Below are positions 22,484 through 33,595 of a stretch of DNA of 64,000 nt, piece by piece. Position numbers and translations under genes: made by a program. The notes under the pieces were generated by a model that ran no database searches, was not told the DNA's origin, and saw nothing but the letters and a program-made list of their open reading frames with translations. The DNA is from Bdellovibrionales bacterium (GTDB lineage: Bacteria > Bdellovibrionota > Bdellovibrionia > Bdellovibrionales > UBA1609), in NCBI GenBank assembly GCA_965219095.1, contig CBDCMT010000001.1:1536001-1600000 (forward strand). The letters are read 5' to 3'. Each line of letters begins with the position of its first letter. The first letter of the stretch is position 1.

Positions 22484-23140
22484 TATAGTGCTTCCGCTTA
22501 GGTTTTCAGTTTTTTTTGAGTTGAGGTCTAGTTTTTATTCTAAGGCCTTGATAAAAAGTCATTTATTTTAAAAAATAGTTTCATATGTCAGGGTTTCTAT
22601 CAAAAAAAGAGCGAAAAGATTTACTCTATGAACTATCTCTAGAGAAAAATCTTAAATACGTAAAAAGGATTATGACAATTCTCCATTTAGATAAAGGTGA
22701 GTTGTGTAAAGATATTTCCCGTTTTCTTTTCATTGATGAGGGCACGATAAGAGCCTGTAGAAATCGTTATAACAAAGGTGGGATAGAGTGCTTAATCAAC
22801 GACAATTACAACCCTAAAAGGTCCTTTTTAACTAAGAAAGAGGAGAAAATGCTTTTAAAGGAATTAGAGAAAAGAATTTTTCCATCATCACAGTCTGTCA
22901 TCCAATTCATTGAGGAGAATTTTAGTGTTACGTACTCAACAAGTGGTGTGATTGATCTTCTCCATCGCCTTGGTTTTTCTTATAAAAAAGCCACAGCGAT
23001 ACCGGGTAAGGCAAAGAAAGAAGAGCAGGAAAAGTTTGTGCGTAAATACAAGAGAATTAAGAAGAAAGACGGTCCTGTTTACTTTGCTGATTCCACACAT
23101 CCTGAGTGGGGCCCTACGATTTCATATGGTTGGATAAGAG
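22484..23140 (+). mobile_element. IS630-family element type B, 3'-truncated
   Basis: IR TATAGTGCTTCCG; ORF identical to 45948-45390 up to GWIR, then cut by an IS66-like end (GTAACTGTTCAC). Confidence 0.88.
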
Positions 23141-23164
23141 GTAACTGTTCACTTAAATTCTAGT

Positions 23165-23557
23165 CCCGACTTCAGCGTTTTCCACTACTAAAACTTCATA
23201 AAAGTGTGCGAGCTATGTTTAGAACAGAGTTGGGGGGTATTTTTCCAGACAGTGCATTTGTAGTGTCAGAAATCTTTTTTTGAGGTCTTTTCAAGGCTGG
23301 AAATTTCTTTTAACATTTAAATATGTTTGTAAAAAAGATTCCAAGAAAGAATAGTTCTATTTCAGTTCAGATTGTAGAGAACAAGAGAGTGCAGAATAAA
23401 GTCATCCAAAAAACCATTCAACATTTGGGGCAATATACAGTTTTAACCCCTAAAATCATATAAAAATCTATAAGGCACCGTTTAAAATGTAGTGATCACG
23501 GTTTTGCGTAACTACTTGAAATCATTAGATTCTTGAAAAGAAAACGCTGAAGTCGGG
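23165..23557 (+). mobile_element. Non-autonomous IS1634-type mini-element (about 393 bp)
   Basis: Perfect 17-bp IR CCCGACTTCAGCGTTTT; internal stub MFVKKIPRKNSSISVQIVENKRVQNKVIQKTIQHLG, homologous to the N-terminus of ORF 56579. Confidence 0.8.
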
Positions 23558-23606
23558 ATAAAGATAAACATCTTTTTAAAGATGTATTCTCTTCCAAGAA
23601 CTTAGG

Positions 23607-24067
23607 TGTAATAGTCGCAACTTAATCTGACACGTCTCGAAATGTCAAAGAGATGAAAAGAGGTTACCCTTTTAAATAAACAATACCACCCCAAAGGGTG
23701 GAGAAAGGATAACAAAAATGACATATCAAGAAAGAATTATAAAATCAAAAGTAGGTCTTTTGCAATTAGCAGAAGAGTTAGGCAATGTATCTCAAGCTTG
23801 TAAGGTGATGGGCTTTTCAAGAGATACATTTTATCGTTACAAGACACTCAAAGAGGAAGGAGGTTTAGAATCATTAAGAGAGCAAAGTCGTAGAAAGCCT
23901 AATTTAAAAAACAGAGTTGATCAAACGACAGAAGAGGCTTGTTTAAGGATCGCTATAGAACTTCCTGCCTATGGACAGTTGAGAGCGTCCAATGAGTTAA
24001 GGAAAAAAGGAATTTTTATTTCTCCTGCAGGAGTTAGAGGGGTCTGGCTGAGAAATAATTTAGAGAC
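23607..24067 (+). mobile_element. IS481-family element, truncated by IS3
   Basis: TGT terminus; KVGLLQLAEELGNVSQACKVMGFSRDTFYRYK. Confidence 0.88.
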
Positions 24068-25339
24068 TGAACTTCCCCTGTTTCTGCGGACAGTCAATTT
24101 TCTCTTAAAGTCTCCATAAAATGGAGGTAAAAGAAAGAATGGAAAAAGTAAAACAGTACTCGGAAGAGTTTAAAAAGCAAGCCATTGAATTGGCAGAGGA
24201 AATAGGTGCAAAGGAAGCCTCAGAGAAGCTAGGACTGAGAAATTTCCAAGTGATAAGCTCTTGGAAGCGTTTTCTAAAGCCTGAAGTAGAAAGACAAGCT
24301 TCCCATGACTTGGCTTCGGCATTGGAGGAAATAAAGAGGTTAAAAAAGGAGCTGGTCTATGAGAGGCGGAGTGTAGGTATATTGAAAGAGGCAGCGGCTT
24401 TTTTTTCAAAGGAAATCCTGAAATGAGATTTAAGGCTATGTTTTATGTAAAAGAGAAAGGGCATCCAGTGCTTCGCATTTGCGAATTATTAAGAGGATCT
24501 CGTTCTGGTTTTTATAGTTTTTTAAAAACCAGGGGAAAGCTTGAAAAGGATAAAAATCTGGAGAAAAACATAGAATCTATTTTTAAAAAAAATAAAGGCT
24601 GTTATGGTTCCCCCAGGGTGTATAGGGAATTAAAGCGTTGCGGAGTGAGTGCTGGAGAAAACAAAGTAGCTCGAATTATGAAACTAAAGAATCTCAGTGC
24701 CCGTCAGAAAAAACCCTATGTTCCTAGAACAACAAAGAATAACCCTCTCATGATAAAGAATAACCCTCTCATGATTAAGTCTCCTCGGTTGTTTAAGACA
24801 GGACAGAGCCAAGCAGGAAAAGAAAACCAGGTATGGTGTTCGGATTTAACCTATATTCCTTTTAGAGATAAATTTCTGTATTTGGTTGTATTTTTAGATG
24901 TCTATAATCGAGAGATTAAGTCTTGGAAGCTCTGTGAGAGCTTGGACGGGGTTCATTCAAAACAGGCTCTGAGAGCCGCAGTCCAATCTGTTTCTGGGAA
25001 CTTAGAGGGCTTGATAATCCACTCGGATCAAGGGGTTCAATATTGTTGTGAAGGGTTTAGAAAAGAATTGAAATTCTTTGGCCTCAAGCAATCTATGTCT
25101 AGGAAAGGAAATTGTTATGATAATGCGTTTGTGGAGAGCTTTTTCCATACGTTGAAAGATGAACTGGAATACAAAGACTGTACAACGAAAGAAGAGTTGG
25201 AGAAAAAAATTGCAATTTACATGGATTGGTATAACAAGGTAAGAATGCATTCTTCCTTGAAATACATGAGCCCAAAAGAATTTAAACAAAGGAGGGCTTT
25301 AAGAACATAAAAACTGTCCACTTTTTTGGGGGAAGATCA
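24068..25339 (+). mobile_element. IS3-family element with a 21-bp in-frame duplication in orfB
   Basis: Same sequence as 23-1273 plus a duplication at 24734-24775; orfA 24121-24426, orfB 24423-25310; no TSD. Confidence 0.95.
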
Positions 25340-26173
25340 GTTCTGTCCAAAAACATCATTGATGGATTTGCGAAGAGCTTTGCTTCCGTCAGTCACAAAC
25401 AGTTTTTTGCTATCTTGTGGAAGACCACGTTCTATAAGATTTTGCAAGAGGTCTGTCACGATGACAGCGTTCTCTGTAGAGCCTTCTCTGAGACCTAAAA
25501 TCATCTTTTTTCCTTCACTTGTAATTCCAAGAACGCAAATCACTGTTCTTTTTGAAAATTCAATGCCGTCAATCATTAAAGCCACGAAACTTTCTTGTGA
25601 AAGATTCCGAGACTGAATGGCTTCCAAAGACTTTTGACAACTCATCTTGAAAGCTTTACTGACAGAGGATTTTTTTAAACCTAAGCCGTCTTCCAACTTC
25701 CTTTGTAAAGGCTCATAGTTTCTGGTGCTGACTCCTAAAAGCATAGCCCTCATTACATCTTCACAGAGAAGATCAAAGCTCTGGAGAGCTGTATAACTCT
25801 CCAGAGGAACTTCCTCTTTGTTTTTTCTAAGACGAGGACGTTGAACTCTTATCCTCTGTCCTTGAAGAATAACAGATCCTTTTCCACTTCCTCCTCTGTG
25901 ACAGAGACCCTCTGACTTTTTGTGGGAAAAGGGCTTTCCGCAGAGTCTTTTTACTTCCTCTTGGAAAAGATCATGGACTAATTTCAGCGTTGCTCCTTCA
26001 AGCTGCATAGCAATAAGCTGGCGAATCTTCTCATGTTTATTTTTTACCATTTGTAACTGGGATTGATATTGTGTATCTTTCATTTGGGGCTCCTTTTTGG
26101 TTTGTTTATAATACCCTGAGTTTAGCTCAGGGGAGCCCCTTCTTCAAACCCTAACGACTTTACGGACAATCTC
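25340..26173 (-). mobile_element. Second IS256-family element, 3'-truncated by IS3
   Basis: End GAGATTGTCC; GVSTRNY, LMIDGIEF and VTDGSKAL motifs. Confidence 0.87.
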
Positions 26174-26179
26174 TTCGAC

Positions 26180-26747
26180 TACCTAAAAGATTGATGACAA
26201 AGTTTTGTGGGCTACGATGGCGAGAATGCTCAAGATGAAACTCTCCTTTTAACACTCCAATCACTGATCTCACAACAGAACGTTTTTTCAACATCAACTT
26301 GTCAAATAAAAAACATACAGGGAATCAATTTATTCTCCATATTTAATTTGACGTTTGTAATAAGCTTAACTCCCTTCTTTAAAAGCTTTTTGAAAAGGTC
26401 TTATGAAATATAACCTCTGTCCCTAAAGAGTTTCCCCATCAGCCCTTTACTATAAATCCATAACTTATTCGATCATCCATATTTCCCGGAGTTAAGGTAA
26501 AACTTAAAAGTTCTCCTAGGTGATTGATAACAATATGGAGTTTAAATCCGAAGAACCAGCCCATACTACTTTTGCCTCTTTTTAGCTAACTTTTAGAACA
26601 CCTTATTTCGTCCTATTCTTTTATTTTTGAAGAAAAATCGATGTGGAATCAATAAATGATATGCCGGTGGTTTTACTCATAAGGCTTGTCGAGAAAAGAA
26701 ACATCAAAAAAGCCATGTCTTTTTTTATGTTCACAAATCGGGAGTAA
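26180..26747 (-). pseudogene. Degenerate IS982 fragment
   Basis: Colinear with about 43459-44016 (GWFFGFKLH region), with many indels. Confidence 0.85.
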
Positions 26748-26901
26748 TACCAATTACAGAAATTAATTCGACGGTAAATCAAAAAGACAGGTCACTGGTT
26801 TAAGCCATGATAGTGACTCTAAAGTACTTGCAGAAGGAGGTGAGCTTTTCGAGACAAATTCTAAACCCTTTAGCTGGCCTGGTTTTTAAGGCCTCAAAGG
26901 G
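26748..26901 (+). repeat. IS630A terminal IR fused to a structured core of about 129 bp (copy 1)
   Basis: Near-identical to the reverse complement of 36487-36639; several stem-loops. Confidence 0.8.
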
Positions 26902-26976
26902 AAAAGCAAAAAAAAGATGTAAAATAGGATTTCAAGACTTTATTTATAAATAAACCAACAAAGGAGGAAAATAAAT

Positions 26977-27120
26977 ATATGATCACTATATAGCCGTAGA
27001 TTGGGCACAAAGTAACATGGCCATTGCAAGGATGACAGGCAAATCAAAAGATATTAAGACTATGGACACGATTTCAGATCTTGGGAATCTTCGTGCCTAT
27101 TTAAAAACTCTGAAAGGTAA
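26977..27120 (+). pseudogene. IS110-family (DEDD) transposase N-terminal relic
   Basis: Reads YDHYIAVDWAQSNMAIARMTG...LRAYLKTLKG after an AGGAGG; start codon lost; cut by ISAzo13. Confidence 0.6.
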
Positions 27121-28405
27121 GGAACTGTTAAAAAATAACTTAGACATTTTAGTGTGGTAGTATTTTATAATTCCACTCGCCATGAAATACTTCTTTCTTA
27201 ATTTTTATAGATTCCATCTCTTTTTTAGACACTGTTTTTCCTTTCTTGTATTTCCTTCTATCTAAACAAGCTTTGACTTTTAGGCCTAATTTTGTTTTCG
27301 TCTTAGATATTAAATTGACTACAGTCATATAATTAATCAAAGGACGTCCTCTCCAATTTTTTGAAATATACGAAAAAAGACGATGTTCAATTTTATTCCA
27401 TTTGCTTGTTCCAGGAGGAAAGTGACAAACATGAACTTTTAATCCTACTACATCACACCATTTCTGTAACTCATACTTCCATAGATGAAGACGATATCCA
27501 TTACTTCCCTCACTGTCTGCACAAATTAAAATTTGTGCAGCATTAGGATAAGATTTTTTTCCCATATACCTCCACCACTTTTTAATGCTTGAAACAGCAA
27601 ATTCTGCTATATCAGCACTTACCCCTACATTGACCCATCCTGCATTTAAAGACAAATCATAAACACCGTAAGGTATCACTCTTGGAACTTCTGGATCTGG
27701 GAAATCATGGCTTAAAACTTCTATGGGATTTTTCTTTTTTGACCATTCCTTCCCCTTACTAACATAATTTCCAAGAATCTCCTTCTTCTTTGTATCTACA
27801 GAAATAACAGGTAGCCCTCTTCTTAAAAAACTCTTTACCTTGTTATTAATGAACTCAAATTGTTCATTTCTATCTGCATGAGCTTTTTTTCCTTCCAAAA
27901 CCTTTCTATTGGCCTGCAAGCTGTAATCCAGTTCGTGTAAAATGCTTGCAACAGTGGGAGGGCTTATATTATAACCTTGTGAATTTAAGGCCTCACTAAG
28001 ATTTCTTACACTTTTACTGCTCCACTTTAGCGGACTCTCAGGATCCCCTCTTGTGCTAGACTCCATTAAACTTTCAAGAACGGAAACTAACTCTGGATAC
28101 TCTGCAGTCTTCTTCTTCCTTCCCCCTCCTTTTGAACGAATCTTTGAATCTTTAACTCCTTTAGAAAGCTCTTCTAATCCTCTGTAAATAGTCTGACGAC
28201 ATAAACCTGTAAACTTTGATACCTTGCTTATGCCATCACGACCATAGGCTTTCGATTCTGCCGCAGCTAAAATCCTCCTTGCTTTTCGTTTAATAAATGA
28301 AAAGTCGTTGTGAGCTTTAATCTTAATTGACGATCTTTCTCTGATAGCACATGTAAACCTTATGATATAAAATCTGAAATGTCTAAGTTATTTTTTAACA
28401 ATGTC
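27121..28405 (-). mobile_element. ISAzo13-family element, transposase frameshifted near the N-terminus
   Basis: IR core TGTTAAAAAATAACTTAGACATTT; TRGDPESPLKW, ISVDTKKKE and PPGTSKWNKIEHRLFS motifs. Confidence 0.9.
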
Positions 28406-28424
28406 TTAACGAGTTCTTTATTAC

Positions 28425-28448
28425 AACATGGAAACATGGAAACATGGA
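28425..28448. repeat. 8-bp tandem repeat x3
   Basis: AACATGGA x3. Confidence 0.85.
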
Positions 28449-28479
28449 AATAACAAATCTCCATCAAAACAAAGAGATG

Positions 28480-28743
28480 AAGCGATCCGAGCCATACGTA
28501 AAAAAGAAAATAATTACGCCTCGTCGTTCTATTGCTGAAACGACTATGTATCGATTCAAACAACTTCTTAGGATCAAAACTTAATTCAAGAAATTTTATG
28601 AATCAATCTAATGAAGCCTTCATAAAATGCAAGATTCTCAATCAAATGAAAACTCCTTCAGCTATCAGACTCCAAACTCAATAGGAATGATGTCACCTCA
28701 AGTAGAAACAACTTGATCTAAAACGCTTATGTACAACAAAGCC
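28480..28743 (+). pseudogene. IS5-family IS903-subgroup relic (3' end)
   Basis: RRSIAETTMYRFKQLL...NQSNEAFIKCKILNQM; terminus is the reverse complement of GGCTTTGTTG. Confidence 0.75.
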
Positions 28744-28753
28744 ATAAAAAAGT

Positions 28754-28801
28754 GCCTCCTCAAAAAAATCTGTTGGTTCCAAGAGATTTTTTTGAAGAGG
28801 C
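28754..28801. repeat. 48-bp hairpin built from two ISL3 IRs
   Basis: GCCTCCTCAAAAAAATCT...AGATTTTTTTGAAGAGGC. Confidence 0.75.
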
Positions 28802-28938
28802 AACAAAAAAGAAAATTCTTTTTATTGATTATGATGTGAGACGTAAAATAAGAGCCTGTAAATTAAAAGAGCTTTTCATTGAAAAGCTCTTTCTTACTTA
28901 CATGATCCCCTCAAAAATAGTCATTTATTTAAGTAAAT

Positions 28939-29766
28939 TTAATTACAAACTTGATCTATTTTTGTTTTTTTAATGGAAGTAATAAGTCGTCCAGGGTTCT
29001 TACTGTCATTCTCAGGAACATAATACTTACAGTAATAAGCTCTATGTCTTCTATTGAATTTATACTTTCCCGTAAGAAGAGTTACAAAAACACCGTTGTT
29101 CTTTTCAGAAGTCTCTCTTACAGGAATGATAGGACATTTTGTATCGACTTGGCGGTTCCAGAAACATTGGTTTACATCCAAACCAACATGATTGAAAAAA
29201 CGTCCTACAAGATTCGTTCCACTCTTATCTGACCAACGATAAACATACCTCCATTCAGGGTAAGAGCCATCTTTCCATTCAAACTCCTCCCAATTAGAAG
29301 TCACATAGTTAGCTAAAGAAAGGCTTGTCATGAATTGCCCTTGATTGTTTCTGAAAACAAGGTAGAGGGTTTCTCTTTCTCCGTCTCTTTTACTCCATTT
29401 CTCAATATAACCTTGTACTCCTGTAACAAATTGTCCTCCTACTTTTTTGCCTTCTAAATCCATTTGTTGATACGGAACTCTTTGTCCTTGTTGAGTAAAA
29501 TAGCTTTGGTTCTGTGATTGAGCATGATGATGGTAAGTGTACTCAATACTCCCTGCCTCCCATCTTACTGTGTAGTTAGATGCCTCTGCTGTGTTCCAAT
29601 TCCAACTTTCCGGCTTCACTTGAGCAACGCCTACTTCTTTGTCCTCTCCATCATAAACAACCATTTCAAGACCACTTTTTCCCATTTGTAGGTGCATCTT
29701 AGGTGATGCAAAAACAGCCACAGGCAAAAAGAAAATTGCCAAAAGAATGTTTTTTATAAGTTTCAT
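28939..29766 (-). CDS. Secreted hypothetical protein
   Basis: Signal peptide (AVFA), AGGAGG RBS, aromatic- and beta-rich; no family recognised. Confidence 0.7.
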   Translation of the reverse strand: MKLIKNILLAIFFLPVAVFASPKMHLQMGKSGLEMVVYDGEDKEVGVAQVKPESWNWNTAEASNYTVRWEAGSIEYTYHHHAQSQNQSYFTQQGQRVPYQQMDLEGKKVGGQFVTGVQGYIEKWSKRDGERETLYLVFRNNQGQFMTSLSLANYVTSNWEEFEWKDGSYPEWRYVYRWSDKSGTNLVGRFFNHVGLDVNQCFWNRQVDTKCPIIPVRETSEKNNGVFVTLLTGKYKFNRRHRAYYCKYYVPENDSKNPGRLITSIKKTKIDQVCN

Positions 29767-30245
29767 TGTGTCCTCCTTTATTTGTTTTTATTATTTTTTT
29801 ATTTATCTTATTATTTTCTCTACTGAATAAACTCTCTTCATTAAGAAGAAAGCTTAATCGGCTTCGGATTTTAAACATAACCTTCAAGACTATGCAAGAA
29901 AATCATGAAAAAAATACTAATGCTATGCAATATTTTTATGTAAATTCTAGAACAAATCTATAACTCAAAGCATAATGATCTTCTTTTTCAACCTTTCTCA
30001 TTTTTCCTTGTACTGGCCTTACATCTTTTACTTTCATGAAATGACTCCCACTAGCTTTTTTTAACATTCACACCAAAGTCTCTTTCTTTTTTGTAATTGT
30101 TGAAATAGTCATGATAACTTAAGTCAAAACCTTAAATCACAAAAAATCATAAGAATCTTTCTTCCAAAAACTTGATTTTAGCCTTGAAGAAAGACCACTT
30201 TTTCCAGAAAGAACCTAGCGAAACAAGAGAGATTTATGATATGAT

Positions 30246-31877
30246 ATGTCTATGGATTTTTTCTATAATTACATTTTTCTTAATATCATTCCCTTTAGTA
30301 TTTTAATCTGCCTTGTCACCTTTGTTCATGAATGGGGTCATTTTATTGTAGCTCGAAAATGCGGAGTAAAAGTGGAGGTGTTTAGTATCGGTTTTGGAAA
30401 AAAGCTATGGGTCTGGCGTTGGGGTGATACCCATTACTGCCTTTCTCTTTTGCCCTTAGGAGGCTATGTAAAGATGTTTGGAGTCCAGCCACAAGAAGAT
30501 GTGCCTGAAAATCAAAAAAAATATGCTTTTAAACACAAAACTGTCTTACAGCGTATGGCTATTATCTTAGCAGGCCCTCTTATTAATTTGATCTTCGCTG
30601 TTTTATTATTTGCTTTTATAGCTCTATGGGGAGAGCCTTATGCTCAACCTGTAGTAGGTGATGTAAAAGTCCATTCTCATCCTTACAAATTAGGATTCCG
30701 CTCAGGAGATGAAATCATATCTATTGATGGAAAGGCTATTTCTCATTGGGGAGAATTTGAATCCTCCCTAGAAGATAAAGCTCACAAAAAAATTATTATT
30801 GAAGTAAAAAGAAAAGAAAAGATTCTCAGTCTTTTCGTTCCTATTGACAGTAAGAAAGCTCATATCACAAGACCTGAAAAAGATATAGGATCTATTAAAG
30901 ATTTAAGTCCCTTCAGCTTAGATTCTGTGGTGGCTGTTAAAAATAAGCCTTTTGATAAAACAGGGTTTTTAAATTTTGATAAGATTTTGTCTATAAATGA
31001 AGTGAATGTCAAATATTTTAGAGAACTGAACTCTTTACTAAAAACTTTAAAACCTCCTCTAACTTTTAAAGTGAGAAACCAAGAAAAAAGCTCACAAGAA
31101 AGAACTGTTATAAGCCATAAGTCTCAAACACTTGAAAGTTTAGGTCTAGAATCAACGGAACTTTATATTTGGAATACAAAGGATAAAGCTCCTGCACAAA
31201 AAGCAGGCATTATAAAAGGGGATAGGCTAGTAAAAATAAACGGTAAAAGATTAAAGTCTTGGCAGCAAGTGTCTGAATTGATTTCAAACTATAAAAAAGA
31301 TGATTCTGCCTTACAAATAGAAATCTTAAGAAAAGGAGAGCATAAAACCCTTTCTATGAAACCGGAAATATTAGCCTATACAAATCAAAGAGGTGTGGAT
31401 ACTGAAAAACCTATGATAGGCATTGCCCCTGCTCTCTTCATGGCAGGACCTGGTTTGAAAACAATAGCTTCTAAAAACCTTTTCACAGCTTTAAAGAGAG
31501 GTGTTCTTAAGAGTTATAATTTTTCTGTTAGTTTTTTCATAGGTCTTTGGAGAATCATTGAAGCACAGATTTCTACAGATAAAATAGGTAGTGTTATAAC
31601 CATTGGAAAACTTGCTAAAGATCATTTTAAAATGGGATTCATCCATTTTATTAACATAACAGGTATTTTAAGTGTCTATCTTTTCATCATTAACCTTCTT
31701 CCTATACCGCTTTTAGATGGCGGACATTTTTTGTTTTGCTTTATAGAACTTATAAAAGGAAGTCCTCTCAATTATAAAAAGATCGAATGGGCTCACATTA
31801 CAGGGTTTGTTGTTTTAGTTAGCCTTATGCTCTTTGCTCTTTTCAATGACATTAGAAATTTTTTTACAGGATGGTAG
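30246..31877 (+). CDS. rseP: RIP metalloprotease RseP with multiple PDZ domains
   Basis: HEWGH, FSIGFGK, PLGGYVKM and NLLPIPLLDGGH motifs. Confidence 0.95.
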   Translation: MSMDFFYNYIFLNIIPFSILICLVTFVHEWGHFIVARKCGVKVEVFSIGFGKKLWVWRWGDTHYCLSLLPLGGYVKMFGVQPQEDVPENQKKYAFKHKTVLQRMAIILAGPLINLIFAVLLFAFIALWGEPYAQPVVGDVKVHSHPYKLGFRSGDEIISIDGKAISHWGEFESSLEDKAHKKIIIEVKRKEKILSLFVPIDSKKAHITRPEKDIGSIKDLSPFSLDSVVAVKNKPFDKTGFLNFDKILSINEVNVKYFRELNSLLKTLKPPLTFKVRNQEKSSQERTVISHKSQTLESLGLESTELYIWNTKDKAPAQKAGIIKGDRLVKINGKRLKSWQQVSELISNYKKDDSALQIEILRKGEHKTLSMKPEILAYTNQRGVDTEKPMIGIAPALFMAGPGLKTIASKNLFTALKRGVLKSYNFSVSFFIGLWRIIEAQISTDKIGSVITIGKLAKDHFKMGFIHFINITGILSVYLFIINLLPIPLLDGGHFLFCFIELIKGSPLNYKKIEWAHITGFVVLVSLMLFALFNDIRNFFTGW

Positions 31878-32007
31878 AAAGGATTTTTGCTCTAGGAAAT
31901 TTAAAATGTAATGAAAAAATGATTTCAAATTGCTTATAAATTTGCTCACAAGGCTTTAAGATAAGGAAGATTTTAGTAAAAAATAATATGTTTTTTAAAC
32001 CTATAGT

Positions 32008-32637
32008 ATGAAAATTCTTAGTATTGATACATGTTCTTCTCAAGGAAGTTTAGCTCTCATAGAAGACAAAAAGGTTCTTCATATAAGTTCTTGGAGTTAC
32101 CACGAAAAAAAACATAGTGAAAAGCTCATTTCTCTAATAGAGGATTTAAAGGAACACCTCTCCTCTCTTACCCATTTAGCTGTAACCTTAGGGCCTGGAA
32201 GTTTCACAGGAATTCGTATAGGAATGAATGTGGCTAAAACAATAGCCTATAGCTTTAATCTACCTCTTTATGGGTTTCATTTTCTTGAAATCATGGCTTC
32301 TTCTTTTTTAGATGAAAACAAGAAAGTTCTCTCTCTTTTAAACGCTCAAAAAAACCAACTATTTGCAGCTCTTTACCAAAAAAACAAAACTCTTCTTGAA
32401 CCTCAAGTGATCAATTTAAACAACCTTCCTTCTGAAGCTCTTTATTTTGTAGGAAGAGATTTAGAAAAGTTTGAATTCCCCTCTTCTTGGAAAAGAATTC
32501 ATGAAAAAGAACCTATAGCTTTAACCATGACATCCTTTCTTTCTAAAGGAAAGCTTAAAACTTTTGAAACCTTGCTTCCTATTTATATACGTCCTTCATC
32601 AGCAGAAGAAAACTTAGCAAATCATGAAAAAAAATAA
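32008..32637 (+). CDS. tsaB: t6A biosynthesis protein TsaB
   Basis: ILSIDT, GPGSFTGIRIG and PIYIR motifs. Confidence 0.93.
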   Translation: MKILSIDTCSSQGSLALIEDKKVLHISSWSYHEKKHSEKLISLIEDLKEHLSSLTHLAVTLGPGSFTGIRIGMNVAKTIAYSFNLPLYGFHFLEIMASSFLDENKKVLSLLNAQKNQLFAALYQKNKTLLEPQVINLNNLPSEALYFVGRDLEKFEFPSSWKRIHEKEPIALTMTSFLSKGKLKTFETLLPIYIRPSSAEENLANHEKK

Positions 32638-33595
32638 AATCTTTTTTAAAATTCCAAAACACTTATCCCATATAAGAGCTGACAAGGCTCTTAGTTTTTG
32701 TCCTGATATAAAAACAAGAACAAAAGCTCTTTATTTAATCAAAACCTCTAAGATTTTTTTAAATGGTAAGAAGATAAAAGCTTCCCATAAAGTAGAAGAA
32801 GGTGAAGTTTATGAAGTAAATCTTATCAAGAAGGAACCTTTAAACCTCAAGCCATACTCTTTGAATCTTGAAATTTTCTTTGAAGATGAGCATTTGATTG
32901 TTTTAAACAAGCCTTCAGGTCTTGTCGTCCATCCCAGCCTAGGACATCAAGAAAAAACTTTAGTCCATGCTTTGTTAGCTCACACAAAAGATCTTTCTGC
33001 AGGTTTTGATAAAACACGACCAGGCATTGTTCATAGATTAGACAAAGAAACAAGCGGTCTCCTTGTAGTGGCTAAAACTTATGAGGCTCTTTACGGACTA
33101 GCTTCTCAATTCAAAAAAAGAAAAGTTAAACGGATCTATGAAGCTTTTATCTTAGGTCATTTAAATACCAAACAAGGAACTTTTAAAACCTATTTAACAA
33201 GACATCCTAAGGATAGAAAAAAATTTGCCTCCACTCAAGATATAAAAAAAGGAAAACTTGCTATAACACATTACAAAGTAATAAAAGAGTACCCTCAAGG
33301 GATTTGTTTTGTAAAATGCCAACTTGAAACAGGTAGGACCCACCAAATCCGCATTCACTTCTCTGAAACCGGACATCCTATTTTAGGAGACCAGGTTTAT
33401 AGTACAAATAAAATATGGCAAAAAATAAAGTCTGAGAAATTTAGAAAAGATATTCTCTCTTTTGAACGAATAGCTTTGCATGCAAGCCATATAGCCTTTT
33501 CACATCCCATAACAAAAGAAGTTTTAAGTTTCTTAAAACCATGGTCCCAAGAAAAGAGTTTAAAAAACTTTATAAGCACTCACTTAAACTCATAA
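32624..33595 (+). CDS. rluD: RluA-family pseudouridine synthase (RluD-like)
   Basis: S4-like N-terminus; NKPSGLVVHP, RPGIVHRLDKETSG and LETGRTHQIR motifs. Confidence 0.88.
   Translation: MKKNKIFFKIPKHLSHIRADKALSFCPDIKTRTKALYLIKTSKIFLNGKKIKASHKVEEGEVYEVNLIKKEPLNLKPYSLNLEIFFEDEHLIVLNKPSGLVVHPSLGHQEKTLVHALLAHTKDLSAGFDKTRPGIVHRLDKETSGLLVVAKTYEALYGLASQFKKRKVKRIYEAFILGHLNTKQGTFKTYLTRHPKDRKKFASTQDIKKGKLAITHYKVIKEYPQGICFVKCQLETGRTHQIRIHFSETGHPILGDQVYSTNKIWQKIKSEKFRKDILSFERIALHASHIAFSHPITKEVLSFLKPWSQEKSLKNFISTHLNS

Noticed and set aside
28360..28973. Small ORFs 28360-28563 and 28752-28973
   Set aside because: Built from IS903 relic, ISAzo13 end and MITE sequence
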